Source of the DNA: Macrostomum lignano
Lineage: Eukaryota
Assembly: GCA_002269645.1 (NCBI GenBank)
Contig: NIVC01000570.1
Location: 434,001 to 498,000 of the forward strand
DNA length: 64,000 nt
Reading direction: 5' to 3'
Shown: in pieces, positions 1 through 16,929 of the stretch
Position numbering within the stretch: position 1 is the stretch's first letter
Layout of the letters: each line of letters opens with the position of its first letter
The notes under the pieces: generated by a model
Database searches by the model: none
Told to the model about the DNA's origin: nothing
The model's input: only the letters and a program-made list of their open reading frames with translations
Program-made: the position numbers and the translations under genes

Positions 1-660
1 TAATATCTAGATCCCCTACTGACTAATATCTAGATCCCCTACTGACTAATATCTAGATCCCCTACTGACTAACATCTAGATCCCTACTGACTAATATCTA
101 GATCCCCTACTGACTAATATCTAGATCCCCTACTGACTAATATCTAGATCCCCTACTGACTAATATCTAGATCCCCTACTGACTAATATCTAGATCCCCT
201 ACTGACTAATATCTAGATCCCCTACTGACTAATATCTAGATCCCCTACTGACTAATATCTAGATCCCCTACTGACTAATATCTAGATCCCCTACTGACTA
301 ACATCTAGATCCCTACTGACTAACAGCTAGATCCCTACTGACTAGCATCTAGATCCCTACTTACTAGCATCTAGATCCCTACTTACTAGCATCTAGATCC
401 CTACTTACTAGCATCTAGATCCCTACTTACTAGCATCTAGATCCCTACTTACTAGCATCTAGATTCCTACTGACTAACAGCTAGATCCCTACTGACTAAC
501 AGCTAGATCCCTACTGACTAGCATCTAGATCCCTACTGACTAACAGCTAGATCCCTACTGACTAGCATCTAGATCCCTACTTACTAGCATCTAGATCCCT
601 ACTGACTAACAGCTAGATCCCTACTGACTGGCATCTAGATCCCTACTGATTTTCATCTAG
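1..660. repeat. 22-23 bp minisatellite (TAATATCTAGATCCCCTACTGAC and variants), in an intron of the adjacent minus-strand gene
   Basis: Direct tandem periodicity; the array runs off the left edge of the window. Confidence 0.97.
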
Positions 661-691
661 ATCCTCACACTCCAAACCAAAATCCACTCAC

Positions 692-2802
<2,111 letters not shown>

Positions 2803-2902
2803 CTTGTATTGGGAAAATTCGGGTTGACAGGCAATGGAACAGTTTAAAGTACAGTGTATAAGAGTATTCGGTGTAAAGTTTTCGCAATAAATCCAAGGAA
2901 GA

Positions 2903-3275
2903 ACCCGATGCAAAGAAAGGGTAAAGAGGGAGAAAAGCCCGATGCAAAATGGGTAAGGAGGGAAATAAGCCCGATGCAAAAGGGGTAGGAAGGTAGATAA
3001 GCCCGATGCAAAATGGGTGGGGAGGGAGATAAGCCCGATGCAAAATGGGTGGGGAGGGAGATAAGCCCGATGCAAAATGGGTGGGGAGGGAGATAAGCCC
3101 GATGCAAAAAGGGTAGGGTGGAAATAAGCCCGATGCAAAATGGGTGGGGAGGGAGATAAGCCCGATGCAAAATGGGTGGGGAGGGAGATAAGCCCGATGC
3201 AAAATGGGTGGGGAGGGAGATAAGCCCGATGCAAAATGGGTGGGGAGGGAGATAAGCCCGATGCAAAATGGGTAG
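2903..3275. repeat. About 32 bp minisatellite (AAGCCCGATGCAAAATGGGTGGGGAGGGAGAT)
   Basis: Direct tandem periodicity. Confidence 0.95.
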
Positions 3276-3844
3276 GGAGCTAATCCTTATCACCTTAAGG
3301 CCAAGGGCCTTAGGTAGCATATGGCCATAGGCCACAGCGAAAGAGAAGGGACGGACTTCTTCAGTTTGGATACATAAAATACTTGCGATTTTCGGATTGA
3401 CCTGAAACTTTTAGATCAGCACCCTCAAAAACCCCGGGAGAAACCTTTTGCAGATGTGTGAAGGTGTACCGACCGGCGCCCATCCTCATCTCGCTTACCA
3501 ATTACTCAACGGGCGAACGGGTCTTCCTGAAGTACGGAGACAATTCCTTCTGAGCATGGTATCGAGTAAGCTGAGCAGAAATGCCGTCGGGAAGCTGAGA
3601 ATTTCGATGCCAACTTAAGCAGATTTCCGCTATTTAAAAAATGAGAATAGCATGAGGGGGCACTGTATTCAATACCGAACAGTTAATGCCATAGACTACG
3701 ACCTACTTGAAGACTCGCTTGCCTTGGCATTTGAACTTCTAATTTTGACACAAGCTTTTGCTACAGCAAGGAGTTGCTAGATTTAAAATTCCTTGGCTAC
3801 AGATGCAATATTTGTACTTCTTCCCAAGTCACCCACAGCTGATG

Positions 3845-4430
3845 CTGACAATAGAGATGCTAGGGGAATCAGGGAGTGTGTCAGGTTATGGCTGAGACTT
3901 GACAATAGAGATGCTAGGGGAATCAGGGAGTGTGTCAGGTTATGGCTGAGACTTGACAATAGAGATGCTAGGGGAATCAGGGAGTGTGTCAGGTTATGGC
4001 TGAGACTTGACAATGGAGATGCTAGGGGAATCAGGGAGTGTGTCAGGTTATGGCTGATGCTGACAATAGAGATGCTAGGGAAATCAGCGAGTGTGTCAGG
4101 TTATGGCTGATGCTGACAATAGAGATGCTAGGGGAATCAGGGAGTGTGTCAGTTATGGCTGATGCTGACAATAGAGATGCTAGGGGAATCAGGGAGTGTG
4201 TCAGTTATGGCTGATGCTGACAATAGAGATGCTAGGGGAATCAGCGAGTGTGTCAGGTTATGGCTGATGCTGACAATAGAGATGCTAGGGGAATCAGGGA
4301 GTGTGTCAGGTTATGGCTGATGCTGACAATAGAGATGCTAGGGGAATCAGCGAGTGTGTCAGGTTATGGCTGATGCTGACAATAGAGATGCTAGGGGAAT
4401 CAGTGAGTGTGTCAGGTTATGGCTGAGACT
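3845..4430. repeat. 53-54 bp minisatellite (GACAATAGAGATGCTAGGGGAATCAGGGAGTGTGTCAGGTTATGGCTG...)
   Basis: Direct tandem periodicity, about 11 copies. Confidence 0.95.
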
Positions 4431-4814
4431 GACAGAACCTGAGAGGGTCGCTTTGATAAAAATAACAATACAAAGTTAAGATTTGGTTTGTTACATAACT
4501 AAGGCAATGCCCGTTTTGATAATTTTCTTTGATAAAAGTATCATTACAACGCATTAACCGAAGTAAATTGAGGGTAACACAATATAAAATTCCAATGTGT
4601 GAGACAGTATCGATGCTCAATAAATAAGTCATAGGTGAACTCAATATCGCAATGCAATAAAGCAGTTAGACAGTATGAAAACACCGAATATAATGCGCAA
4701 TGACTAATAACAATGTCAACGCGCTGGTGACATTACTAGGTTTATAAGTAGGATACAAACTTCAAAAAGAGCTCTATGTAGGCTAAAGTAAACTCGGCGA
4801 ATATTTAAAATTTA

Positions 4815-5240
4815 AAGCCGGGTAAAGAGGGAGACAAGCCCGATTTGAGTGGGGAGGTAAAGAGGGAGACAAGCCCGATTTGAGTGGGGGGTAAAGAGGG
4901 AGACAAGCCCGATTTGAGTGGGGGGTAAAGAGGGAGACAAGCCCGATTTGAGTGGGGAGGTAAAGAGGGAGACAAGCCCGATTTGAGTGGGGGGTAAAGA
5001 GGGAGACAAGCCCGATTTGAGTAGGGGGGGGGGGGGTAAAGAGGGAGACAAGCCCGATTTGAGAGGGCGGGGGGTAAAGAGGGAGATAAGCCCGATTTGA
5101 GTAGGGGGGGGGGGTAAAGAGGGAGACAAGCCCGATTTGAGTGGGGGGTAAAGAGGGAGACAAGCCCGATTTGAGTGGGGATAGAGAGGTAGATAAGTCA
5201 GATTTGAGTGGGGGGGTAGAGAGGGAGATAAGCCCGACTT
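4815..5240. repeat. About 35 bp minisatellite (GAGGGAGACAAGCCCGATTTGAGTGGGGGGTAAA)
   Basis: Direct; shares the core GAGGGAGAYAAGCCCGAT with the 2.9-3.3 kb array. Confidence 0.95.
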
Positions 5241-5291
5241 CTCTCACAGAGAAAGCGAGCCAGACGAGATCTCATCGCATCTCAAAGCTAC

Positions 5292-9308
<4,017 letters not shown>

Positions 9309-9844
9309 TTCTGCTGGCTAGAAGAATTCCTTTGAGCTGTCTTCTGCTTTCGCTCCTTTATCGCATATGTAAATACATGTATCTGCCTACTTGACCAAGG
9401 GCATGGATCGGAAGCACTCATAAATCCAGGGAGTTGCCCATATCTATGGTATTATGCTATGTTTATGTTTTGCGACTTTTTGAAAGCAACGACTTGTTGA
9501 TATGAAGATATGGGAGCAACCAGTCAAAAGTCTTCAGTCACATGGGTGCAATCGATCACTTCTAAGAAAGACCGGCACTGGGCAGATGATTATTTATCCA
9601 TTGCCGGTAGAGAAACTGGTAGAGAGCTCAATGCAAAAATCATTCCAGAGCAGTCCGGATGTTTTATTTTTATTTTTTTATTAGAGGCAGGGAAATTGTG
9701 TGCACCCTGGCGCACTTTAAGCGACATAGGCACACAACCGGCGAGAGGCATTACTGCCCATTCCGCCGACTCCCCTGAGCAGGCATACAAGCGCGCGGAT
9801 ACGTACGCAGGCACACACTCACACAGGAGTGTACAGCGGCCCTA

Positions 9845-10040
9845 ACTTTATTTTATCTTTAGGCATGTACACTTCACTGCGCCTTGGGGGGTTGGCTCTC
9901 AAGGCCGTCGCGTTAATTGCACGAGCAGAGCCAAGCCAAGATTCCAATTCAGCCCCAAATTAATGTGACTGCACTTGGAATCGAATCTGGGTCGCTGGCA
10001 CACCAGAGTCTGCGCTAGACCGCTGGACTACGGCCCCCCT
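9845..10040 (-). mobile_element. Probable tRNA-derived SINE
   Basis: The minus strand reads GGGGGCCGTAGTCCAGCGGTCTAGCG...CCCAGATTCGATTCC (Pol III A-box and B-box-like), followed by an unrelated body and an A-rich tail (AAAGATAAAATAAAG). No complete cloverleaf is seen. Confidence 0.55.
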
Positions 10041-10773
10041 TACAGTCCGGATGTCCTTCCGATCAAGTTTCAGCAGAACTTCCCAGAGCCTCCGTGAGGG
10101 ATGTGGAACTGTGGCCGTTATCTGTGTTTCTGCTTCATTTCCTCGATGGCAATGACTTCAAAAAAAATTAGTAAAGAAAGTTGCACATTCGCTATGCTAT
10201 TGAAACTACTTAGTAGCAGTAGTGCAAACGATTTTCTAACCAGTGTTTTATTTGCACGCACATAAAGCAAAACAAGTCCAACAATCTATTTTGGTATATT
10301 GAAAGCATTTGATTTGAAAGATTTGTTAATCTTCAATTACAGGCAAATTTTCATAGTTGCTACTCAACAAAACGATGCGAGAGAGGCAATTACTGAAAAT
10401 GCAATCATAGTGTGTTATCAAGAAATAGAATTTGTCGAAAGAGAACGATTTACACTGAAACTGAATGCTTTTAATAAGCAAGATGATGCATTTCAAGAAA
10501 AAGAAAGTGTCCTAGAATAATGATCTGTCCTAAAGAGAGACACGGAAAGAGAGACACAGAGAGACAAATTACAATGTGACCTAAACGACAGGGCACGTTC
10601 ATAGAAAAAAAGCGTGATGCATCTAAGGAGACAAGAGTCGCCCTAAGCGACATAGTTGAAACATTGTATTGAACGTCTTGTAAGAAATTTTAGCAGAAAA
10701 TAAAATTCTTCCACATTGGTCTCTATCGGTTTTGAGCTCAGCACTGGTCACTTTCATTGCTTTCAAAGCGTTC

Positions 10774-11184
10774 TCAGAGCAACCAACGGTCAAGAAGTCG
10801 CTTGGCGGCAGATCCCCAGCGTCTGACGGCGGTCCAGGAAGACCGCAGCGACTCCCAGGTTCGTCGTCTACTTCGACTGTGCAGCATCGGCGGCGGTCGC
10901 TCCACCAGTCGAAGTTTTGCAGCCGCCTTCGCCGCCGCGTGTCGCCAATCCTTGCAGTAGCGGTGCCGGCCGCAGGCCCAGTACTCCAGGCTGGGCGTCT
11001 GGCCCTGGTAAAAGTGCAGCACACGAGGCGAGGCGACCGAGAATCGGACGGTCTTGACGCCAGAGGATAGTGACAGTTGCTGCGGCTGCAGATGCTGCTG
11101 TTGCTTCCACTTTTTAGACCACACCAGGTTGATAATAGACGTTAGAATGCCGGTAAGCACCAGATTAAAGTACTTTGTCCACAT
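10774..11184 (-). CDS. Small ORF (136 aa) with an RVxF PP1-docking motif and a PPP1R15/GADD34-like C-terminus; the 5' end may be spliced
   Basis: KTVRFS...VLHFY...WAC...DWRHAA...PMLHSRSRRRTWESLR. The resemblance is to a remembered consensus, not a database hit. Confidence 0.45.
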   Translation of the reverse strand: MWTKYFNLVLTGILTSIINLVWSKKWKQQQHLQPQQLSLSSGVKTVRFSVASPRVLHFYQGQTPSLEYWACGRHRYCKDWRHAAAKAAAKLRLVERPPPMLHSRSRRRTWESLRSSWTAVRRWGSAAKRLLDRWLL

Positions 11185-11961
11185 ACTTTTATCTCCTGTT
11201 ATCTGCTGCTCTGCTGCAGCTGTGCGAAGGAAAAGTGCTGTGCGAAGAGTAACGGAGGCTGGGAATGCTGCAGCTAGGCTCTAGTTTTATGCAAATCCAG
11301 AGGGTTCACACAGTAGTGGCCAAGCGCTCCCTCATTGGCTAGGCCGTCTTGGCCAGGCCCGAATCCAAGCAACCGAACAGAACAGACAGTGATTGGGACG
11401 TCATTGCGGGAATGAAAATTGGCGAGGGGCAGAGGAACAAACGAATTTCGGGCGTGTCTGAAACTACGTGGGCGCGGGGCTTTAGAGACATCGTAGCAGG
11501 CCTGGAGCCTTCAATCAAATTCCCATATTTCCAAGGCTCCCACTCGGATAAATGCTGTAACCTTCATCCGAACTTGTCCATCGGGCTATCGAGGTGCCGA
11601 ATTCCGAGCCCGCAGCTGCACAGAAAAAGATGCGAGATATTATCTGCAATCAATAAAGCCTTCAATAAAGCATTCTTTTCGACGGTTTTAAAGTTTAAAC
11701 AACGGTAACTTATAGTGGTCCTTGGGTGTAGGTCATTCGGTACAACAATTATAGCTTAGCTTATTATACGAAAGAGTTAAAAGCATTTTTGGGTTTTTAA
11801 TCTCATTGGTTGTTTTTCTAAAATTAGCCATGCATGATGTCAGTCACTAATTTATAAACGAACGTAGATTCGTTTTCCCGTCAGTTTTTGTTCATGGAAA
11901 TTCAAAAGTAACATATTGGGTGACGTCAGTTTCTATTTTCGGAAACGAACGACGATGGTAA

Positions 11962-12152
11962 TGTGAGTTTTGGTGTTCGTTGTGTTGGCTGTTTTGGGGG
12001 TTGGCCTGCGCTGGGGGGTTGGGCACGCTTTTATTCACCTGAACCTATATCGATCGAAATGTACGCGCGTACATAGTGAATGACAAATATATATATCGAC
12101 TAACTTGGCCTTTGAGCCCTCGTACTGATTTTCTCGCAATTCTGGTCTTACA
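11962..12152 (+). repeat. 5' LTR
   Basis: TGTGAG...CTTACA; a direct repeat of 16739-16929. Confidence 0.97.
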
Positions 12153-12153
12153 C

Positions 12154-12164
12154 TGGTGGCAGCG
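12154..12164 (+). promoter_or_regulatory. Primer-binding site, complementary to the 3' end of tRNA-Leu
   Basis: TGGTGGCAGCG lies 1 nt after the 5' LTR. It matches the ...CGCTGCCA-CCA end of metazoan tRNA-Leu(AAG/TAG) as I recall it. Confidence 0.8.
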
Positions 12165-12191
12165 AAGCCCAATTCAAGTTGGCAGATCAGA

Positions 12192-13028
12192 ATGGAAGAG
12201 CGAGATGAGAAGAGCAACGACGCCAGTTTGCTACCGCCCAAGTTTAGTGGCCAATCAAACGTGCACTTTTGGCTGAGCATCTTTGAAGACTTCGCCGAAG
12301 ACAAGAATTGGGACGATGCAAAGCGTGCCTCCAAAGTGAAGCTCCTGCTGAGAGGGGAGGCCCAGGTCTGTGTTTGGGACATGTCAGATGCCGATAAAAA
12401 GAGTTATGAGAAAATCAAGGCACTTCTTCTCCAGCAGTACGGCGGCTCTGCCAATCAGCACCGCGCCATGCAGGAGTTCCAAGGTCGACAACGCAAGAAT
12501 GGCGAGTCAATCAGGGAGCTCTCATTCGCTCTCAGGCTGCTGTACATGGGAGCCCGCCCGGATGACCCATCAACGCTCCGTGATCGGGAGGTCAAGTTTA
12601 GAATTATCCAGCTATTAAGCGCAGGGATACGCGAAGCCCTGCTCAAGGAGAGCGACTCGGATACATGCACGCTGGGCACGCTGGTCGAGAGAGCCACCAG
12701 ACTAGAGCAGGTGATGAGCAAGAACACGCCCGCAAGTTCGTCTATGGTCTCCGTGGTTGACGACCGGCTGTCCCGACTCGAGCAGCAGCTGGAGACACTG
12801 ACAGCTGCCGTGACAAGCGGCGCCGCTAGAGGAGGCCGCGCTGGACCAGGTGACCGTCGGCAGGCCCAGAGAACATCCGGTTGCTACCAGTGCGGCAAAG
12901 ACGGTCACATCGCGCGCAGATGTCCAACTAAAGGTGCCCACAAGCAAGGTCGGTGCTTCAACTGCTCCGGTTGGGGCCACAATGCAGCGGTCTGCCCAAG
13001 TAAAGCCCGGCCGGCGGGAAACTTCTGA
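12192..13028 (+). CDS. gag: Gag with two CCHC zinc knuckles
   Basis: ORF is open from 12156, first ATG at 12192. Knuckles CYQCGKDGHIARRC and CFNCSGWGHNAAVC; stop TGA at 13026-13028. Confidence 0.95.
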   Translation: MEERDEKSNDASLLPPKFSGQSNVHFWLSIFEDFAEDKNWDDAKRASKVKLLLRGEAQVCVWDMSDADKKSYEKIKALLLQQYGGSANQHRAMQEFQGRQRKNGESIRELSFALRLLYMGARPDDPSTLRDREVKFRIIQLLSAGIREALLKESDSDTCTLGTLVERATRLEQVMSKNTPASSSMVSVVDDRLSRLEQQLETLTAAVTSGAARGGRAGPGDRRQAQRTSGCYQCGKDGHIARRCPTKGAHKQGRCFNCSGWGHNAAVCPSKARPAGNF

Positions 13029-16000
13029 GGGTTGGAGGCGACGGGCCAGCCCCAACCCGCCAAGTAAGTGCCCAGACTGCTCATTCTGTTTTTGTGCGTG
13101 CCCTGCTGCAAGAAAAGCCGGTCTGCTTCCTGCTCGACACTGGTGCGCAGACATCCCTCATCAGCCACAGCCTCATGCGGTCATGCGGCCTGCAGCTCGA
13201 GTCCGGGAGCAGCTGCTGTCCAACGTCAGTAGACGGTAGTCGCCTGCAGTGCCTCGGAACAGCCCGGGGAACAGTTCAAGTTGGAGAGACGACTCGATTG
13301 GACCATGTATTCAACGTCGTAGAGGGAATAAGCGTAGACCTTATCCTAGGGATGGACTTTATCGGTCGGGCAACCAACGAGCTACGGATTAACATCAACA
13401 ACAAGACTGTCTTCTTTAATGATGAGGCCGTGCCGTTTTTCACCAACAGCTCAAAAATTCAAATGGTGACCGGGACCCTGGTGGCCCGCATTGAGTGCAA
13501 CATCAACGTCCCCGCCAGGAGTGAGAAGCTGGTCTGGCTGCGAGTGAAGTCAAAAGATGAGCAGGGCGTTTTCGAGCCGAATGCGGAGTTTACGCAAGAG
13601 ACCGGTCTGCTGGCATCCCGAGTTCTCGCCTTGTCCGCCGATCAGAGGATTCCCGTTCTCATGTGCAATCTGGGATCCGAGGCAGTAACACTGTATGCCA
13701 ACAAAGCAGTCGGTGAATTCGAAGCTGCTGATGTACTCGAACCGGTTGGGAACGTGAAGGAGAAACTGAAGAACTGGGACGTGAACCCCGAACTGACAGA
13801 GCTAGAAAGAGACAAGCTGATGACCATCTTGAAAGCCAACGACGACCTGTTCAGCACTCACGAGTTTGACCTCGGCTCCACAAGCGTACTAAAGCACCAC
13901 ATCGAGCTCGAGCCCGGAGCACGGCCATTCAGGCAGCGCCAGCGCCCGCTCCCCCTGCCGCTGAGAGACCGAGTCGACGACAAGATTGGCCAGATGCTTG
14001 CGCACGACATCATTGAGCCGTCTAGCTCTCCATGGGCCAGCAATTTGATCGTGGTCAAGAAAAAGAACGGAGACATCCGCATCTGCACTGACTGGCGCCA
14101 GCTGAATGCCGCTACGGTAAAGGACGCCTATCCGCTCCCACACCTACAACAGTCCATGGACGCGCTCTCAGGCTGCTCTTGGTTCACGACAATCGATTGC
14201 AAGCAGGGTTTCAATCAAGTGGAAGTTGAGGAAGCCGACCGCTACAAGACGGCGTTTTACTCTACCAGAGGACTCATGCAGTTCAAGAAAATGGGATTTG
14301 GAATGTGCAACTCGCCGGCTACGTTCCAACGACTAATGGAGCTGATCATGTCTGGCCTCACATGGGAGGAGGTCCTGGTCTACGTGGATGATCTAATATC
14401 GTTCAGTAAGAGCTTTGATCAGCATCTAGTCAGCCTACGACGGGTTTTTGAACGGCTTCGAAGCGCTGGTCTGAAACTGAACAAGGATAAGTCCGTGTTT
14501 GCGTACCGTAGTGTCAAGTACCTGGGCCATGTGGTCAGCAGCGAGGGAATTCAGCCAGACCCCAGTAAGGTGGAAGCTTTATCGAAGATTAAGACGCTGA
14601 GTTCAGCTGAGGAAGCGAGGCGATTCATCGGCATGCTTGGATTTTACCGGCGATTCATCCAAGACTTCAGCAGGATAGCCGCGCCTCTGCATGCAGCAAC
14701 GCAAAAGACCGGCTTCACCTGGACGGATGAGTGTGAGAGCGCTTTCACCAAACTAAGGGAAATGATCTGCCAGGCTCCCGTGCTTAGACTCCCAGATTTT
14801 AGCCGGCCCTTCATCCTGAGTTGCGATGCAAGCGCATTTGCAGTCGGCGCGGTTCTCAGTCAGGCACACGGAGATTCGGAACTGCCAGTCGCTTTTGCCT
14901 CAAGAACTCTGAATAAGGCAGAAAGGAACTACTCAGCTACCGACAGAGAACTGCTCGCCTTAGTCTGGAGCCTAAAACATTTCAGGTCATACCTGTGTAA
15001 CGTAAAGCACTTCACCGCGTTCACCGATCATCAGCCACTGAAGGGCCTGCTACAGACTAAGGAACCTGAAGGGCGTCTGGCGCGCTGGCTTGACACGATT
15101 CAGCAGTTCAACTTCACGCTCTGCTATCGGCCTGGTCGAGAGAATGTCGTCCCGGACATGTTGAGTCGAACCGCCACCACTCAGCTCGACAGCAGCAGGG
15201 ATCAAGACTTCCTAGAGGAACAGCAGCGCGATGCGCTTCTGCAGAGTGTCTTCAAGGCGCTCACCGAGGGACGCGAGCACCTGTCCAACAGCGGTCAGCA
15301 GAAGGTCGAGGAGTTCTTGGGCGATGACGGAATTGAGATCGGACCGCATGGCGCGCTGGTCAGGCAAGGAAAGCCGGTCGTTCCGAGCCATCTGCGAGCC
15401 GAGTTCCTGGCCGACGCCCACGATGCAGCCGCTAGCGGTCACCTCGGCGCGGACAGAACACTACAGAAGTTGCGTGAGCGCTGCTGGTGGCCAAAAATGC
15501 AGCAGGATGTCCAGAACTGGGTGGCCAGCTGTGCAGCATGCCTTCGGCGCAAGAACAATAGTCGCCCTCAGCGAGCTCCACTGCAGAGTACAGCACAGCC
15601 GGCGCGACCGTGGGAGACCGTGCAAATCGACATTAAGGGGCCGTTGCCAAGGACGCCTCGAGACAACAGCTACATTCTGAGCATCTGCGACTGCTTCTCC
15701 AAATGGATGGAAACCCGTGCTCTACCAAGTATCGAAGCCGAGCGAGTTGCTGATGTTCTGGTCCATCAAGTAGCCCTACGTCACGGAGTTCCGGACACGA
15801 TTCACAGTGACCAGGGCCGGCAATTTGAGAGCCAGCTGTTTCAGTCTCTGTGTGAGCAGCTCGGTATGCGGAAGACTCGAACTTCCCCGTTTCATCCGAG
15901 TGGCAACGGCCTGGTGGAGCGCGGAAACCGCACTCTCGGTAACATGTTGGCGACGGTCGTAGCGGAAAGCCAGGACGACTGGGATGTACAGCTGCCTTTT

Positions 16001-16681
16001 GTCACATGGGCATTCAACAGCTCTGCGCACTGTACGACTGGTCTGTCTCCGTTTCAAGTGCTACACGGTTGGCCACCAAGACTGCCGCTTGATGTCAAGC
16101 TGCCGCACACCAACAGCAGCGCTTCGGATACTCTGGAGTACGTCGAGGATGTTCAGAAACGGCTTTTGCAGAGTCGGAGGCTCGTCCACCAGAAGCTTCA
16201 GAGCGCGCAGACTGATAGAAACGAACGATACAACAAGGACGTGCGGTTTCAGCCCTACAACCAAGGCGATCTGGTCATGCTAAGCTGCAAGACGGTGAAG
16301 CCTGGTCGCTCCAAGAGCCTCAGCAACCGCTGGACGGGGCCCTACGTCGTTCTCAAGCGGCTGGGTGAGGTCAACTATCGAGTGCGGCTGGCACCTGGCC
16401 TAGCGGTTCGGCGGCGTCGCAAGCTCGTGGTGCACCATGACCGCCTCAAGCCATTCGTGAAGCGGCGCGGCTCTCTGCAACTGACCGATGAGCAGCAGCC
16501 GGCTCCGGCTACCAGCACCAGTCCTGAGCAGCTGGGTGTGCCTGACGCCTGGGCTCAGCTGTCAGGCGGCAATGACGATGACGACGGTGACACCGAAGCA
16601 GCAATCGACCCGGTCGTCCCACCAGCGCTAAGACGTTCGGTACGACAGCGGAGGCCTCCTGATTTTTATCGCCCTGAGTGA
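13004..16681 (+). CDS. pol: Pol polyprotein (protease, RT, RNase H, integrase) in the -1 frame relative to gag
   Basis: Frame is open from 13004. Motifs: LLDTGA (PR), YVDD (RT), CDAS/TDHQPL (RNase H), HHCC plus D,D(35)E (QIDI, HSDQG, LVERG) and GPY (integrase). No stops or frameshifts. Confidence 0.97.
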   Translation, partial: SPAGGKLLRVGGDGPAPTRQVSAQTAHSVFVRALLQEKPVCFLLDTGAQTSLISHSLMRSCGLQLESGSSCCPTSVDGSRLQCLGTARGTVQVGETTRLDHVFNVVEGISVDLILGMDFIGRATNELRININNKTVFFNDEAVPFFTNSSKIQMVTGTLVARIECNINVPARSEKLVWLRVKSKDEQGVFEPNAEFTQETGLLASRVLALSADQRIPVLMCNLGSEAVTLYANKAVGEFEAADVLEPVGNVKEKLKNWDVNPELTELERDKLMTILKANDDLFSTHEFDLGSTSVLKHHIELEPGARPFRQRQRPLPLPLRDRVDDKIGQMLAHDIIEPSSSPWASNLIVVKKKNGDIRICTDWRQLNAATVKDAYPLPHLQQSMDALSGCSWFTTIDCKQGFNQVEVEEADRYKTAFYSTRGLMQFKKMGFGMCNSPATFQRLMELIMSGLTWEEVLVYVDDLISFSKSFDQHLVSLRRVFERLRSAGLKLNKDKSVFAYRSVKYLGHVVSSEGIQPDPSKVEALSKIKTLSSAEEARRFIGMLGFYRRFIQDFSRIAAPLHAATQKTGFTWTDECESAFTKLREMICQAPVLRLPDFSRPFILSCDASAFAVGAVLSQAHGDSELPVAFASRTLNKAERNYSATDRELLALVWSLKHFRSYLCNVKHFTAFTDHQPLKGLLQTKEPEGRLARWLDTIQQFNFTLCYRPGRENVVPDMLSRTATTQLDSSRDQDFLEEQQRDALLQSVFKALTEGREHLSNSGQQKVEEFLGDDGIEIGPHGALVRQGKPVVPSHLRAEFLADAHDAAASGHLGADRTLQKLRERCWWPKMQQDVQNWVASCAACLRRKNNSRPQRAPLQSTAQPARPWETVQIDIKGPLPRTPRDNSYILSICDCFSKWMETRALPSIEAERVADVLVHQVALRHGVPDTIHSDQGRQFESQLFQSLCEQLGMRKTRTSPFHPSGNGLVERGNRTLGNMLATVVAESQDDWDVQLPFVTWAFNSSAHCTTGLSPFQVLHGWPPRLPLDVKLPHTNSSASDTLEYVEDVQKRLLQSRRLVHQKLQSAQTDRNERYNKDVRFQPYNQGDLVMLSCKTVKPGRSKSLSNRWTGPYVVLKRLGEVNYRVRLAPGLAVRRRRKLVVHHDRLKPFVKRRGSLQLTDEQQPAPATSTSPEQLGVPDAWAQLSGGNDDDDGDTEAAIDPVVPPALRRSVRQRRPPDFYRPE

Positions 16682-16725
16682 ACCTTTTTTTGAACTTTTG
16701 CCATAGAGTTTTATTCCTCGTGCTT

Positions 16726-16738
16726 GGGGGGAAAGTGG
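16726..16738 (+). promoter_or_regulatory. Polypurine tract
   Basis: GGGGGGAAAGTGG immediately precedes the 3' LTR. Confidence 0.85.
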
Positions 16739-16929
16739 TGTGAGTTTTGGTGTTCGTTGTGTTGGCTGTTTTGGGGGTTGGCCTGCGCTGGGGGGTTGGG
16801 CACGCTTTTATTCACCTGAACCTATATCGATCGAAATGTACGCGCGTACATAGTGAATGACAAATATATATATCGACTAACTTGGCCTTTGAGCCCTCGT
16901 ACTGATTTTCTCGCAATTCTGGTCTTACA
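16739..16929 (+). repeat. 3' LTR
   Basis: Identical by eye to the 5' LTR. Confidence 0.97.

Larger units (their letters stand above)
11962..16929 (+). mobile_element. Full-length, apparently intact Ty3/Gypsy LTR retrotransposon
   Basis: 191-bp LTRs (TG...CA) at 11962-12152 and 16739-16929, identical by eye. GTAA target-site duplication at 11958-11961 and 16930-16933. PBS, PPT, gag and pol (PR-RT-RH-IN order) are all present. Confidence 0.98.
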
